DNA of 64,000 nt, taken from assembly GCA_965229255.1 (NCBI GenBank), contig CBDDIX010000005.1:26975-90974 (forward strand). Reading direction: 5' to 3'. The position numbers and the translations under genes were made by a program. The notes beneath the pieces were generated by a model. That model was not told the origin of the DNA, did no database searches, and worked only from the letters and a program-made list of their open reading frames with translations. This document shows positions 45,331 to 54,931 of the stretch, one piece after another. Origin of the DNA: Sediminibacterium sp. (GTDB lineage: Bacteria; Bacteroidota; Bacteroidia; Chitinophagales; Chitinophagaceae). Position 1 is the stretch's first letter. Every line of letters starts with the position of its first letter.

Positions 45331-47577
45331 CTACTTATTAAAATTGCTGATCTTAATAAGGCTTACGCCATGCGGTGGTATCATCACTTCGTAGCTATCT
45401 TTTTTAATCCCAAGATCTTTCTGCTGCCATAGATCTCTTACATTAATATTGCCGGAAAGAGCCAGGTCGTTCCATTGAACAGTTGTTTTTCTAAAATGCG
45501 TTGACAGGTTAAAAATGCCAATGGCTTTTGATCCATCTGAAAGTTCTTTGATCCATACCTGTGTAGAATCTTTGTCAATCACCCGCCTTGCCTGTATCCC
45601 CAGGCGATCCTGGTCAACAGCAATTACTTCATCATTGGTAAGCAGGTTGAGTGTGAATGAATCGAGTTTACTTATATCACAACCCAGCAATAAGGGTGCA
45701 GATAATAAACTCCACAAACTCATATGTGTATATTGTTCATAAGGCGTTAAGCGAGTAGGATGCAGGTTTTCTCCCCAGCCAACCATTCCCAGGATCAGCA
45801 TATCAGGATCGTTCCAGCCACCTGGCTTAGCATACGCTGATAATTTAGCCTGGCTAAAACCAATGCGGTATAAACTATTCCAGGTGTCTTCTATATCTCC
45901 TGTGGTTCTCCAGAGATTTCCATTCATTTCAGGTCCCCATTTCCAAACTTCCTGCGAGCCGTATTGGCAAAGACTATATACAATATCACGTGATTGTTTT
46001 TTTAGCCCATCGCGCATAATCACATAAGGTGCCTGGTTTTGTTCCAGTGTGCTGTTACGGCGCGGCAACAGGTCTGTATAACTGCATAAATCATATTTCA
46101 GGTAATCAACTCCCCATGATGCATACGTATCTGCATCCAGTACCTCGTTCTTATAGGAACCCAAAAACCCACCACAGGTTGTTCTACCCGGCGATGAATA
46201 AATACCAAAGCGAAGACCATTACCGTGAAGAAAGTCTCCCAGTCCTTTCATGTTGGGGAACTTTTCGTTGGGAGTCAAAACACTGTCAGCTCTCCGTTCA
46301 GGAGCTTCCCAGCCATCATCAATGTTCATATATGTCCAGCCGTGATCAATTAATCCTTTATCCAGTAAAGCAAGTGCCGAACTTCTTACTTTTTCATCAC
46401 TCACGCTCAATCCCCAACAGTTCCAGCTGTTCCATCCCATGGGAGGTGTTAATGCCAGCAGATCGCCCACCTGTATACGGAATGATTTTTCTGTTTTGCC
46501 AAGTTGGTTTTTTGCAGATAAGGTAATGGTATAATCTCCTGCTTTTGCAATACTACCTGTGATGATACCTGTCTTGCTGTTCAAACTTAAACCTGCAGGA
46601 AGATTGCCGGCAGTATAGCTGATGGGCTTTTTACCTGTTGCAGGAATTTTAAAAAGGAAAGGAGAGCCTGGGCGAACACCCACTACGTCTGCACCATTGA
46701 TGCGTGGTTTTTCTGAAGTAGCCGGTGTTAATATATAAGGCAAGATCTGGTCAAAACTCCGTTTGATGCCAGACCCTGTTTCAGTAAATGTTATATGTAT
46801 TTCCATCCCCATTTTGTGCGGCATGGTGAGTGTATATTTTTTTACAGACAATGGCGCAAGCTCAACAGGTATTTTTTCATTCCGCAGGATGGTATTGTTG
46901 ATGGCATCCTTCACTGTATAGGCAATCTCTCCTTTTACGTTGGTCTGAAAACTATTGGTTAACAGCAATGTTTTTTCAGCATTCCCGTCTTTTTTATAAC
47001 GGATCGCAGACTTCGATTCATCGATAGTGATTCCGTCAATCTTTTCAAGCATATCGATATAAGGACTGCCCATAAAAATTCCGCCGGAACCTCCGCCATC
47101 AAACACTTTTACAGCAATGATGTTTTCTTTGTCCCATTTGATAACCGGATTATTCACAGACAAGCAATAGGTTCTTATCGCGGGCCACTTGCTTACATAG
47201 CCTCCCGGATCATCAGGGAACATGCCTGTTTTTCCAATCTTCACACCATTCAGATAAGTTTCGTCAACATCATTCACGTGTGCCAGGAAAATGCGTAAAC
47301 TGTCTTTCCAGTTGCCTTTACTTTTTAAGGATGATGGAATGGAGATGCGTATCCTATACCATGCATAACCATGGTAATCCGGAAAGCCTTGTCTTTGCCA
47401 CACTTCACCCAGTCGTGCATCTTTCCACTGACTGTCATCTGCCTCATTGTTTTTCCATGAAGTATTGTCACCGGTTGTAAACTTGCCATTTAACAAAGGA
47501 ATGAAACCGTTGTTCTGGCTAAATACACAGAGTTGAAAAAAGATAAGCAGCAAAGAGGTGAGAGATAGTTTACGCAT
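45331..47577 (-). CDS. GH27 alpha-galactosidase / beta-L-arabinopyranosidase with N-terminal sugar-binding and Ig (He_PIG) domains
   Basis: TPPMGWNSWN, YMNIDDGW, DYLKYD, WRTTGDI and GGWNDPDML; N-terminal GYAWYR galactose-binding-like domain. Confidence 0.9.
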   Translation of the reverse strand: MRKLSLTSLLLIFFQLCVFSQNNGFIPLLNGKFTTGDNTSWKNNEADDSQWKDARLGEVWQRQGFPDYHGYAWYRIRISIPSSLKSKGNWKDSLRIFLAHVNDVDETYLNGVKIGKTGMFPDDPGGYVSKWPAIRTYCLSVNNPVIKWDKENIIAVKVFDGGGSGGIFMGSPYIDMLEKIDGITIDESKSAIRYKKDGNAEKTLLLTNSFQTNVKGEIAYTVKDAINNTILRNEKIPVELAPLSVKKYTLTMPHKMGMEIHITFTETGSGIKRSFDQILPYILTPATSEKPRINGADVVGVRPGSPFLFKIPATGKKPISYTAGNLPAGLSLNSKTGIITGSIAKAGDYTITLSAKNQLGKTEKSFRIQVGDLLALTPPMGWNSWNCWGLSVSDEKVRSSALALLDKGLIDHGWTYMNIDDGWEAPERRADSVLTPNEKFPNMKGLGDFLHGNGLRFGIYSSPGRTTCGGFLGSYKNEVLDADTYASWGVDYLKYDLCSYTDLLPRRNSTLEQNQAPYVIMRDGLKKQSRDIVYSLCQYGSQEVWKWGPEMNGNLWRTTGDIEDTWNSLYRIGFSQAKLSAYAKPGGWNDPDMLILGMVGWGENLHPTRLTPYEQYTHMSLWSLLSAPLLLGCDISKLDSFTLNLLTNDEVIAVDQDRLGIQARRVIDKDSTQVWIKELSDGSKAIGIFNLSTHFRKTTVQWNDLALSGNINVRDLWQQKDLGIKKDSYEVMIPPHGVSLIKISNFNK

Positions 47578-47809
47578 GTAGAATATTTTTCAGGTAAAAT
47601 TTCATCACCAAATTAGAAGTTTTATATCCATACATCAGCAACGCGATTAACCCGTAATTAGCGGTTTTTGATAAGATTTTTATGCCAAAATATTATCCAT
47701 CCCTACCCTATCAATATCTGCCTATATTTCATTAAAAACAAGGAAGTAGCCATGTGGGTATGGGAAATATATTTGGAATAACGTTATGCTAACCTTTAAA
47801 TAAAAGCTT

Positions 47810-49162
47810 GTGAAAAAGTTTATCCTGTGTTTATCTATACTCCTTACTTCTTCTGTTTTGCTACCTGCTCAAACCAGTGGTGAAGCAAAGCAATTGCTGC
47901 TTGCAGACACGATATATCGTATCCCTGTCAAAAATGATTTTAAAAACGATGAGAGTGAGTACAGTTTCAAACGAATGGTACAGGGAGATAATATTGCTAT
48001 TTTCTGGAATAAAGAATTTGGGAATGATCCTACTGTCAATCCAAATGAGAAAAAGCGTTTTGATCCCAATGAGGCCCTGAAAGAATGTGAGCGTTTTTAC
48101 AACTACTATGTCAACGACTTAAAGCTTGTTCAAAAAGGAAAGTCTTACACAGACAAATACAAAATGGTCCTATTTGTGATCAATGGGGAAGGTGCCACTG
48201 CATTTGGCGGAGGAACGGGTAAAGTAGGTATGTTGTGGACACCCGCTGTAAGAATGAGCAAAGCGCCCTATGGAGCACTGGCGCATGAGCTGGGGCATTC
48301 CTTTCAATACATGGCTGCGCAGGACAATGGTCGCGGACCGAGAGGTGCCATCATGGAAATGTCTGCACAGTATATGTTGTGGCAGGTATATCCTGAATGG
48401 ATGACATTTGAAAATTACCACCTGGTAGATTTTTTAAAAGGAACGCATTATTCATTTTTGCATGCTTACAATACGTATCATTCGCCATATGTGTTTGAAT
48501 ACTGGTCCAATAAACGCGGTATAGAATTCTTTGGTGATTTCTTCCGTGCCACGAAAGAAGGAGATGATCCGGTAATGACCTATAAAAGAATCACCAATCA
48601 AACCCAGGAACAGTTTAATGATGAGATGTTCGATGCATCACGCAAATTTATTACATGGGATATGCCGCGTATTGAGCAGGTTGCCCATCAATATGCTAAC
48701 CAGCACACAACAACATTGAATGCAGCCGCTGATGGCTGGTACCAGATTGCCAAAGATAAATGCCCGCAGAACTATGGTTACAATGGAATTAAGTTGAAAG
48801 TTCCCTCTGCCGGTAAAAAAGTAACGGTTAGCTTTAAAGGCATCGCCGGTGCCGAAGGGTTTAATGCAGTGAAGACTGATAAGGCAGGATGGCGCTATGG
48901 ATTTGTGGCCTCCAAAAAAGATGGCAGTCGCGTATATAGCGATGTATACAAAGATGCGGCGGGCACAGCCAAATTTAAAGTACCCCGCGATACGGAATAT
49001 TTATGGCTGGTTGTAATGGGAGCCCCTACAGAACATTGGCCTATTGTAATGAACAGGAGAAGACCCACAGATGGAACTCCCCCTGTTGTGATTCCGGATG
49101 AGCAGTGGCCATACCAGGTTAAATTCAAAGGAACATCTCCTGATGAATCGGTGATTAAATAA
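47810..49162 (+). CDS. DUF6055-like secreted protein, putative zincin
   Basis: Signal peptide (GTG start); AHELGHSFQ followed by IMEMSAQY (HExxH...E). Confidence 0.65.
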   Translation: MKKFILCLSILLTSSVLLPAQTSGEAKQLLLADTIYRIPVKNDFKNDESEYSFKRMVQGDNIAIFWNKEFGNDPTVNPNEKKRFDPNEALKECERFYNYYVNDLKLVQKGKSYTDKYKMVLFVINGEGATAFGGGTGKVGMLWTPAVRMSKAPYGALAHELGHSFQYMAAQDNGRGPRGAIMEMSAQYMLWQVYPEWMTFENYHLVDFLKGTHYSFLHAYNTYHSPYVFEYWSNKRGIEFFGDFFRATKEGDDPVMTYKRITNQTQEQFNDEMFDASRKFITWDMPRIEQVAHQYANQHTTTLNAAADGWYQIAKDKCPQNYGYNGIKLKVPSAGKKVTVSFKGIAGAEGFNAVKTDKAGWRYGFVASKKDGSRVYSDVYKDAAGTAKFKVPRDTEYLWLVVMGAPTEHWPIVMNRRRPTDGTPPVVIPDEQWPYQVKFKGTSPDESVIK

Positions 49163-49193
49163 GGGAATCGAACGATACTTAATAAAATTGTCC

Positions 49194-50588
49194 ATGAAAC
49201 ATTTTTTATTAGCTACATTATCATTCATTGTTCTTTTATCTGCTTCTGCACAGGATAAAACAAATTCTGATGTTGAACTTAATTCTTTTTATAAGTCTAG
49301 GTTTGATCAGCATCGAGGCAAGAGTGTGGACTCTGCCTTTTTTTATATCAAAAAACTTACTTCCAATCAAAAAGGATTATCTGTCGTTAGCAATATTGTT
49401 CATGTAGGTATTGCTGGTGATTTTTTTGGATTGGTAACAGTGCATGAAAATGAACTTGAGGCCCATTCCCTGTTATTGAATAAAGCATCTTCCACAGTTG
49501 ATAAGCGTCTTACAAGTATTACAAGCCCCCTTTTTTTGTGTATCCAGGTGAAGAAATATATAAACGATGATTCAAAGCTTATATACCTGGTTAATAAATT
49601 TATAGACACACAATTAGGTACAAACAGTTTGTACGAGAACCGGATTGCCACATATGCCCTTATTATTTATGATATTATATCCCAAAAGAAAGCTTTAAAA
49701 ACTAGCTCAGATAAGCTTTTGCGAGTTTTAGCCAGTAAGCTGAAAAATAATTTACTCAAAAAAAATATGGATACTGCAACATCATCAGACCTCCTTATAA
49801 AAGAAGCTTGGTATAGATGGATGTATGCCTGCACTAACTATTTCATAGCAAATAGGGAATTAAGGCAAAGTAAAATAAAAGAAGCCGGCGCGTATTTTAA
49901 AATTGCCAATAAGTATGGACCAGATCAATGGTCCAAAATTAATAGTGTCTATTATTATCGCGACATGATCTTTATTTTCAAGCAGGAAAGATCTTTTAAT
50001 AATGAGTATATCAACTATTTAGAAAAGTATAATGCAAATAAAGAAGATGCCTTTCGTATTCTATCAGCTGAATCACTGGTAGATCCCTCCATGAAACCGG
50101 CATTAAAAGCCTACTACAATGCTAATTTCTCAGATAGAGTCTCGTTTGATATGTATTGGTTAGAAAATGTAAACAAAGTAGCGATAAGTGCACCGGGTAT
50201 TGATCTGCCAACAATTAATGGGTTACAGTTTTCATTGTCAGAGCAAAAAGGGAAATGGGTGTTACTTGATTTTTGGGGAACCTGGTGTGGACCCTGCAGA
50301 ATGGAACATCCGGATCTACAGAAATTTTATGAGAAAACAATCACTACTCATCCAGAAAAGATATCGCTTCTTACAATAGCTTGCAGGGATAATAAGGATA
50401 CTGTTACTAAGTACATGCAGCAGTTCAGGTATTCTTTTCCTGTAGTGATGGCTGATAATGTAATTCAAAAAAAATATCAGGTAGGTGGTTACCCATCAAA
50501 ATTTCTAATTACTCCACAAGGCAGGTATATCCCGATCTCATTGGATGTAAATTGGGTTGAGTTTGTGGAAAATTATGTTGGGTTATAG
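49194..50588 (+). CDS. TlpA-family thiol:disulfide oxidoreductase with long helical N-domain
   Basis: Signal peptide; C-terminal KGKWVLLDFWGTWCGPC and YPSKFLITPQG. AT-rich coding sequence. ATG 49194 preferred. Confidence 0.82.
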   Translation: MKHFLLATLSFIVLLSASAQDKTNSDVELNSFYKSRFDQHRGKSVDSAFFYIKKLTSNQKGLSVVSNIVHVGIAGDFFGLVTVHENELEAHSLLLNKASSTVDKRLTSITSPLFLCIQVKKYINDDSKLIYLVNKFIDTQLGTNSLYENRIATYALIIYDIISQKKALKTSSDKLLRVLASKLKNNLLKKNMDTATSSDLLIKEAWYRWMYACTNYFIANRELRQSKIKEAGAYFKIANKYGPDQWSKINSVYYYRDMIFIFKQERSFNNEYINYLEKYNANKEDAFRILSAESLVDPSMKPALKAYYNANFSDRVSFDMYWLENVNKVAISAPGIDLPTINGLQFSLSEQKGKWVLLDFWGTWCGPCRMEHPDLQKFYEKTITTHPEKISLLTIACRDNKDTVTKYMQQFRYSFPVVMADNVIQKKYQVGGYPSKFLITPQGRYIPISLDVNWVEFVENYVGL

Positions 50589-50617
50589 CGACAATTGTAG
50601 CATAATAAATACTTTGA

Positions 50618-51985
50618 TTAATCTTTATCAGGTGATTCATCTTTTCCTGCAGGCACTGCCCCTTTAAGCATTTCCTGCAGCCGATTGCGCATGGTGGCAA
50701 CCCTGTCTGGATATTGCGAAGCGAGGTTTTTAGTTTCGCCTGGATCATCTTCCAGATTAAAGAGTGCTAGGGGCTCGTATTTGGCAGCCACTTTGGCCGA
50801 AGGTTTCATGGCCGCGCCGTTTTCACCGGCACCAAGGGCAATTAATTTCCAGTTACCCATTCTAATCGCTGCTTCATTCGGGCCGTGTGTAGAAACCGAG
50901 AGAATAGCATCATGCGGCGAGGGTCTGGATTGGGTAATCATGGGCCAGATATTAAGACCATCAAGCGGCAATGTTTGTTGAATATTTCCACCCGCCAGCC
51001 CGATCAGTGTTGGATACCAATCAACCGCATGCATCGATTCTTTAATGCGCTTCCCGGAAGGTATATGACCGGGCCAGTTCACAAAGGAAGCACCTCTAAT
51101 ACCTCCCTCATATATCGTTGCCTTAAAGTCGCGCAGAGGTGAATTATCACCTGGGGGCGGGGCACCATTATCACTCAGGAAAACAATCAGTGTATTTTCG
51201 CGCATCCCTGCTTTGTCGATTGTGGCAACAATCTGACCAATGGCCTCATCAACGGCAGCGAGCATCCCCGCAAGTATCTGGCGGTTGCCTTTTAAGTCGG
51301 CATAAGGTTTCAGGTAGCTCTCAGGAACCTGGTAGGGAGCATGAATGCCATTAAAAGGGATGTATAAAAAGAGAGGTTTTTTAGCATCATTTTTTTCAAT
51401 GATGCTGCAAGCCTCGCGGGTGATGAGATGTGTACTGTAGCCTTCTTCTTTCAATGGTTCGCCATTACGGTACCAATCGGGAATATTATTGCGTTCATGT
51501 TTAAAGTAGTCGATGTTGCCAAAAAAGAAACCATATTGGTGATCAAAACCGCGGGCATTGGGTTGATAGGCTTTGCTGGATTCTCCCAGGTGCCATTTTC
51601 CGGTAATGGCTGTTCGATAACCCGCTGCGCGAAGCGCATCGGGCAGGGTGCGCTCATTTAGTGGCAGCCCCCATTTTGCACCGGGTGGAACAATGCTGTA
51701 AATGCCGGTATGGGTAGGATAACGGCCAGTTAACAACGCTGCCCTTGTAGGGGAGCAGACCGGTTGAACGTAACTGTTCTCCAGCACTGTGCCACCCTTT
51801 GCCAGTAGATCTATATTAGGCGTTAAAATCTGTTTTCCCCCATTGAATCCGCATTCGCCGTAACCCATATCATCCACCAATATGAATACAATGTTCGGCT
51901 GCTTTGTTTTATTAGTTTGCGCCGAACCAATTGCCAGTATAAAGAAACCAAAGCAGCAGCAAAAAAGTTTAATCGTATTTGCCAT
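50618..51985 (-). CDS. S1 formylglycine-dependent sulfatase (arylsulfatase-like)
   Basis: PNIVFILVDDMG, CSPTRAALLTG (CxPxR), TGKWHLG and SDNG. ATG 51985 is preferred over the track start. Confidence 0.92.
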   Translation of the reverse strand: MANTIKLFCCCFGFFILAIGSAQTNKTKQPNIVFILVDDMGYGECGFNGGKQILTPNIDLLAKGGTVLENSYVQPVCSPTRAALLTGRYPTHTGIYSIVPPGAKWGLPLNERTLPDALRAAGYRTAITGKWHLGESSKAYQPNARGFDHQYGFFFGNIDYFKHERNNIPDWYRNGEPLKEEGYSTHLITREACSIIEKNDAKKPLFLYIPFNGIHAPYQVPESYLKPYADLKGNRQILAGMLAAVDEAIGQIVATIDKAGMRENTLIVFLSDNGAPPPGDNSPLRDFKATIYEGGIRGASFVNWPGHIPSGKRIKESMHAVDWYPTLIGLAGGNIQQTLPLDGLNIWPMITQSRPSPHDAILSVSTHGPNEAAIRMGNWKLIALGAGENGAAMKPSAKVAAKYEPLALFNLEDDPGETKNLASQYPDRVATMRNRLQEMLKGAVPAGKDESPDKD

Positions 51986-52068
51986 TCCTTCATTCAGGAA
52001 CTCATTACTTTTCTTCTTAGGGAAATTAAACATAGACTGAAAATTAAGATAACCGGATAAGATATTTA

Positions 52069-54087
52069 CTACCAGATCTTTATTCTCTGGCTCTCAGGTT
52101 TGTAATTCTTATCGCCGGGCTGTACATTAAATGCTTTATAAAAAGGATCAAAGTTCATCAATGGACCATTTACGCGCCAGGTAGCCGGCGAATGCGGGTT
52201 GGTGTTAACGTAGGTAAGCATAAACGCGTCCCTTGTTTTCACTCTCCAGATCCTGGCAATGGATAAAAAGAAACGTTGATCCGGAGTGAAGTCGTCAATC
52301 TTTTCAGAACCCTGTCCCTGCTTTGTTAATTTAAAGGCATCATAGGCAATCGCAATACCACCATTGTCTGCCGTGTTCTCGCCCAGGGTGAGACCACCCT
52401 TCACATGAACCGTATCTAAAACAGTGAAAGAACTATACAGGTCCACCACCATTTTTGTTTTCACTTTGAACTTGTCGTAGTCTTCTTTTGTCCACCAGTT
52501 TTTTACGTTCCCGTCTTTATCGTATTGCGCACCCTGGTCATCAAAAGCATGGGTCATCTCATGCCCGATCACCATCCCGATACCTCCATAGTTAATGGCG
52601 TCATCTGCGGCAAAATCAAAATAAGGGAACTGTAAAATACCGGCAGGAAATACAATCTCATTTAATGGGGGATTATAGTACGCGGTAACGGTAGATGGCG
52701 TTGCACCGAATTCAGTTCTGTCAACAGGTTTGTTCAGTTTTGCCAGTTGGTACTGGTATTGATTCCTGCCAAGTGCCAGTATGTTTTCAAAATATTTGTT
52801 TCTGTCGATGGGCACTTTATCGTAATTGCGCCAAACATCGGGGTAGCCTATTTTTTTGGTGATGGCATATAATTTTTCTTTTGCTTTTTGTTTAGTGCTG
52901 TCGCTCATCCAGTCAAGATGGTTGATCCTGTTTTCGAAAGCTTTTTGCAGGTTGTTCACCAATGCAAGCACACGTTTTTTTGCATCCTCATTAAAATATC
53001 TTTTTACATAGAGTTGTCCTAAAGCCTGACCTAAATAACCGTCCACATTTTGGGTCATGATCTGCCTGCGCGATTGCTTAACTGCCTGACCCGACATTAC
53101 TTTCGCAAATTCAAAAGACGCATCCGTAAATGGTTTACTAAGCGTTGCAGCATATGTTTTCAAAGTGGTCGCTTTCAGATAGGTCTTCCAGTCATTAACA
53201 GGAATGGAGCCTAGTAACTCATTTAACTTAGTATAGTAAGCTGGCTGACCCATATCAACAGAGTCGGTCTTAGCCCCGATGTTTACCAGCAGTGCAGACC
53301 AACCGATATTGGGTTGTGTTTGGTTAAGAGATGCAATGGATAATTTATTGTAGTTAGCTTTCACATCTCTCATCTCAATATTTGTTTTATGAGAAGCCGC
53401 AATCTGTTTTTCGAGATCGTAAACAGTCGTTGCATTTTTTTCTGCCATAGCCGCATCGCTGCCGGTTAATTCAAACAGGTTGCTGAGATATTTTTTATAA
53501 GCCTGCTGAATGCGAAGGGTAGATGGATCTGTTTTGAAATAATAATCCCGGTTTGGTAAGCCAAGCCCTGTTTGTGAAACATGGGCAATATTGATTTTGC
53601 TGTTCTTGTCATCTGGTGAAACACCAAAACTGATCATAGAGCGGTTACCAGCCTTTAGTTCACCCGCTACAAACTTGAGCAAAGAGGGAAGATCGCTGAT
53701 CGCATCAACCTGTTTTAATATGGGTAGGATGGGTTCATAACCACGCTTGTTGATAGTGATCGTGTCCATACCGGAAGCGTAGAAATCGCCCACTTTCTGT
53801 TCAATGGTTCCGGCAGTATGTTTACTTTTCGATACACTATCCAGTATATGTTGCAACAGTTCTTTCTGCGGAATATTCATAAACGAATAAGAGCCCACCC
53901 CTGATTGGTCATCGGCGATCTTTGCGGTATCATACCAACGCCCGTTCACATACCGGAAGAAATCATCGCCGGGTTTGATAGACGGATCAATGCCATGTAC
54001 ATCTACAAAGCCTTTTTTTGGGGCATCAAGATTATTCCATGCGAGGGATAGGAACATAAGGAAAGTGAGGGAAAGGTATTTCTTCAT
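52069..54087 (-). CDS. M13 family metalloendopeptidase (PepO/neprilysin-like)
   Basis: PGDDFFRYVNG, KIGYPD, TAYY, GHEMTHAFDDQG, GENTAD and HSP...RVNGPL. ATG 54087 gives a signal peptide. Confidence 0.92.
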   Translation of the reverse strand: MKKYLSLTFLMFLSLAWNNLDAPKKGFVDVHGIDPSIKPGDDFFRYVNGRWYDTAKIADDQSGVGSYSFMNIPQKELLQHILDSVSKSKHTAGTIEQKVGDFYASGMDTITINKRGYEPILPILKQVDAISDLPSLLKFVAGELKAGNRSMISFGVSPDDKNSKINIAHVSQTGLGLPNRDYYFKTDPSTLRIQQAYKKYLSNLFELTGSDAAMAEKNATTVYDLEKQIAASHKTNIEMRDVKANYNKLSIASLNQTQPNIGWSALLVNIGAKTDSVDMGQPAYYTKLNELLGSIPVNDWKTYLKATTLKTYAATLSKPFTDASFEFAKVMSGQAVKQSRRQIMTQNVDGYLGQALGQLYVKRYFNEDAKKRVLALVNNLQKAFENRINHLDWMSDSTKQKAKEKLYAITKKIGYPDVWRNYDKVPIDRNKYFENILALGRNQYQYQLAKLNKPVDRTEFGATPSTVTAYYNPPLNEIVFPAGILQFPYFDFAADDAINYGGIGMVIGHEMTHAFDDQGAQYDKDGNVKNWWTKEDYDKFKVKTKMVVDLYSSFTVLDTVHVKGGLTLGENTADNGGIAIAYDAFKLTKQGQGSEKIDDFTPDQRFFLSIARIWRVKTRDAFMLTYVNTNPHSPATWRVNGPLMNFDPFYKAFNVQPGDKNYKPESQRIKIW

Positions 54088-54174
54088 AAAGAGTGTTTGG
54101 CTAAAGATAATGATATCTGGGGCTTGTTCCATGGTTACAACATCGCGAAATAGCCTACATGAATTTGTGATCAT

Positions 54175-54825
54175 TTAATTTGTAAGCGTAACCTGACCGA
54201 TATAGGCAGTGGATGAGACACCAGTTTGATTCTCCGATACCAACAGTAACCAGCAGTGTACTGATTGGTTGGGAAAAACAGATACATCTACGGTTGCCAT
54301 TTCATCGCCGCGGGTGGCAATATCCTGGTAATAAATAAACTGCTTCTCTGCTTCGCAAAACACAACCACCGTGAGCTTGTCGGAGTTAAGGGCTCTTCCT
54401 ACACCGGGGTTCTTTGTCCATATGAACGTGATCTGCTGGTTGGCTTCAGCGGCTGCTAAAACGCTTCCTACATTCGGCATACTGCTATTGCCGCTGCTGA
54501 ACTGCAATTGGGTGATATCGATACTGAAAGGCGAAGTATCGCCTGCAATGGCCAGGCGGATGTTATGGGCCACCGCCGCATTAAGCCCCGATACAGAATT
54601 TGAGTAGCGTTTGAATGTAGTGCGGAACAGCTGAGAAAGACCTGCTAACAGGGTTACAATCCGTGTGAATTTTTCACGCTGGTCTGCCTGGGCAGGGCTA
54701 GGCTTTCTATTCTTTTTGATTGCAGGAAGCGAGCGCATAACCTGTTTGCCTTTCCAGGTACTGCCAATAACCCCTCCCGTTTTTCCTGCGAATCCTCCAA
54801 GGATCCCGTTGTTAAGAACTGACAT
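54175..54825 (-). CDS. DUF6266-family protein (unknown function)
   Basis: Characteristic N-terminus GILGGFAGKTGGVIGSTWKGKQVMRSLP...PSPAQADQREKF and a beta-rich C-terminus. Confidence 0.8.
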   Translation of the reverse strand: MSVLNNGILGGFAGKTGGVIGSTWKGKQVMRSLPAIKKNRKPSPAQADQREKFTRIVTLLAGLSQLFRTTFKRYSNSVSGLNAAVAHNIRLAIAGDTSPFSIDITQLQFSSGNSSMPNVGSVLAAAEANQQITFIWTKNPGVGRALNSDKLTVVVFCEAEKQFIYYQDIATRGDEMATVDVSVFPNQSVHCWLLLVSENQTGVSSTAYIGQVTLTN

Positions 54826-54904
54826 GATTTTTCGATTTAAAGTGTTTTACAATTTGGTTTTAGTGTTCATCTTCCAGCAGGTATCACCGGTGAATGAACA
54901 GGAA

Positions 54905-54912
54905 CAAAGCTA
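54905..54912 (-). promoter_or_regulatory. Bacteroidota -7 promoter element for DUF6266
   Basis: Minus-strand TAGCTTTG, 80 bp upstream of the ATG. Confidence 0.55.
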
Positions 54913-54931
54913 ATAGGAGCTTACATACGCA

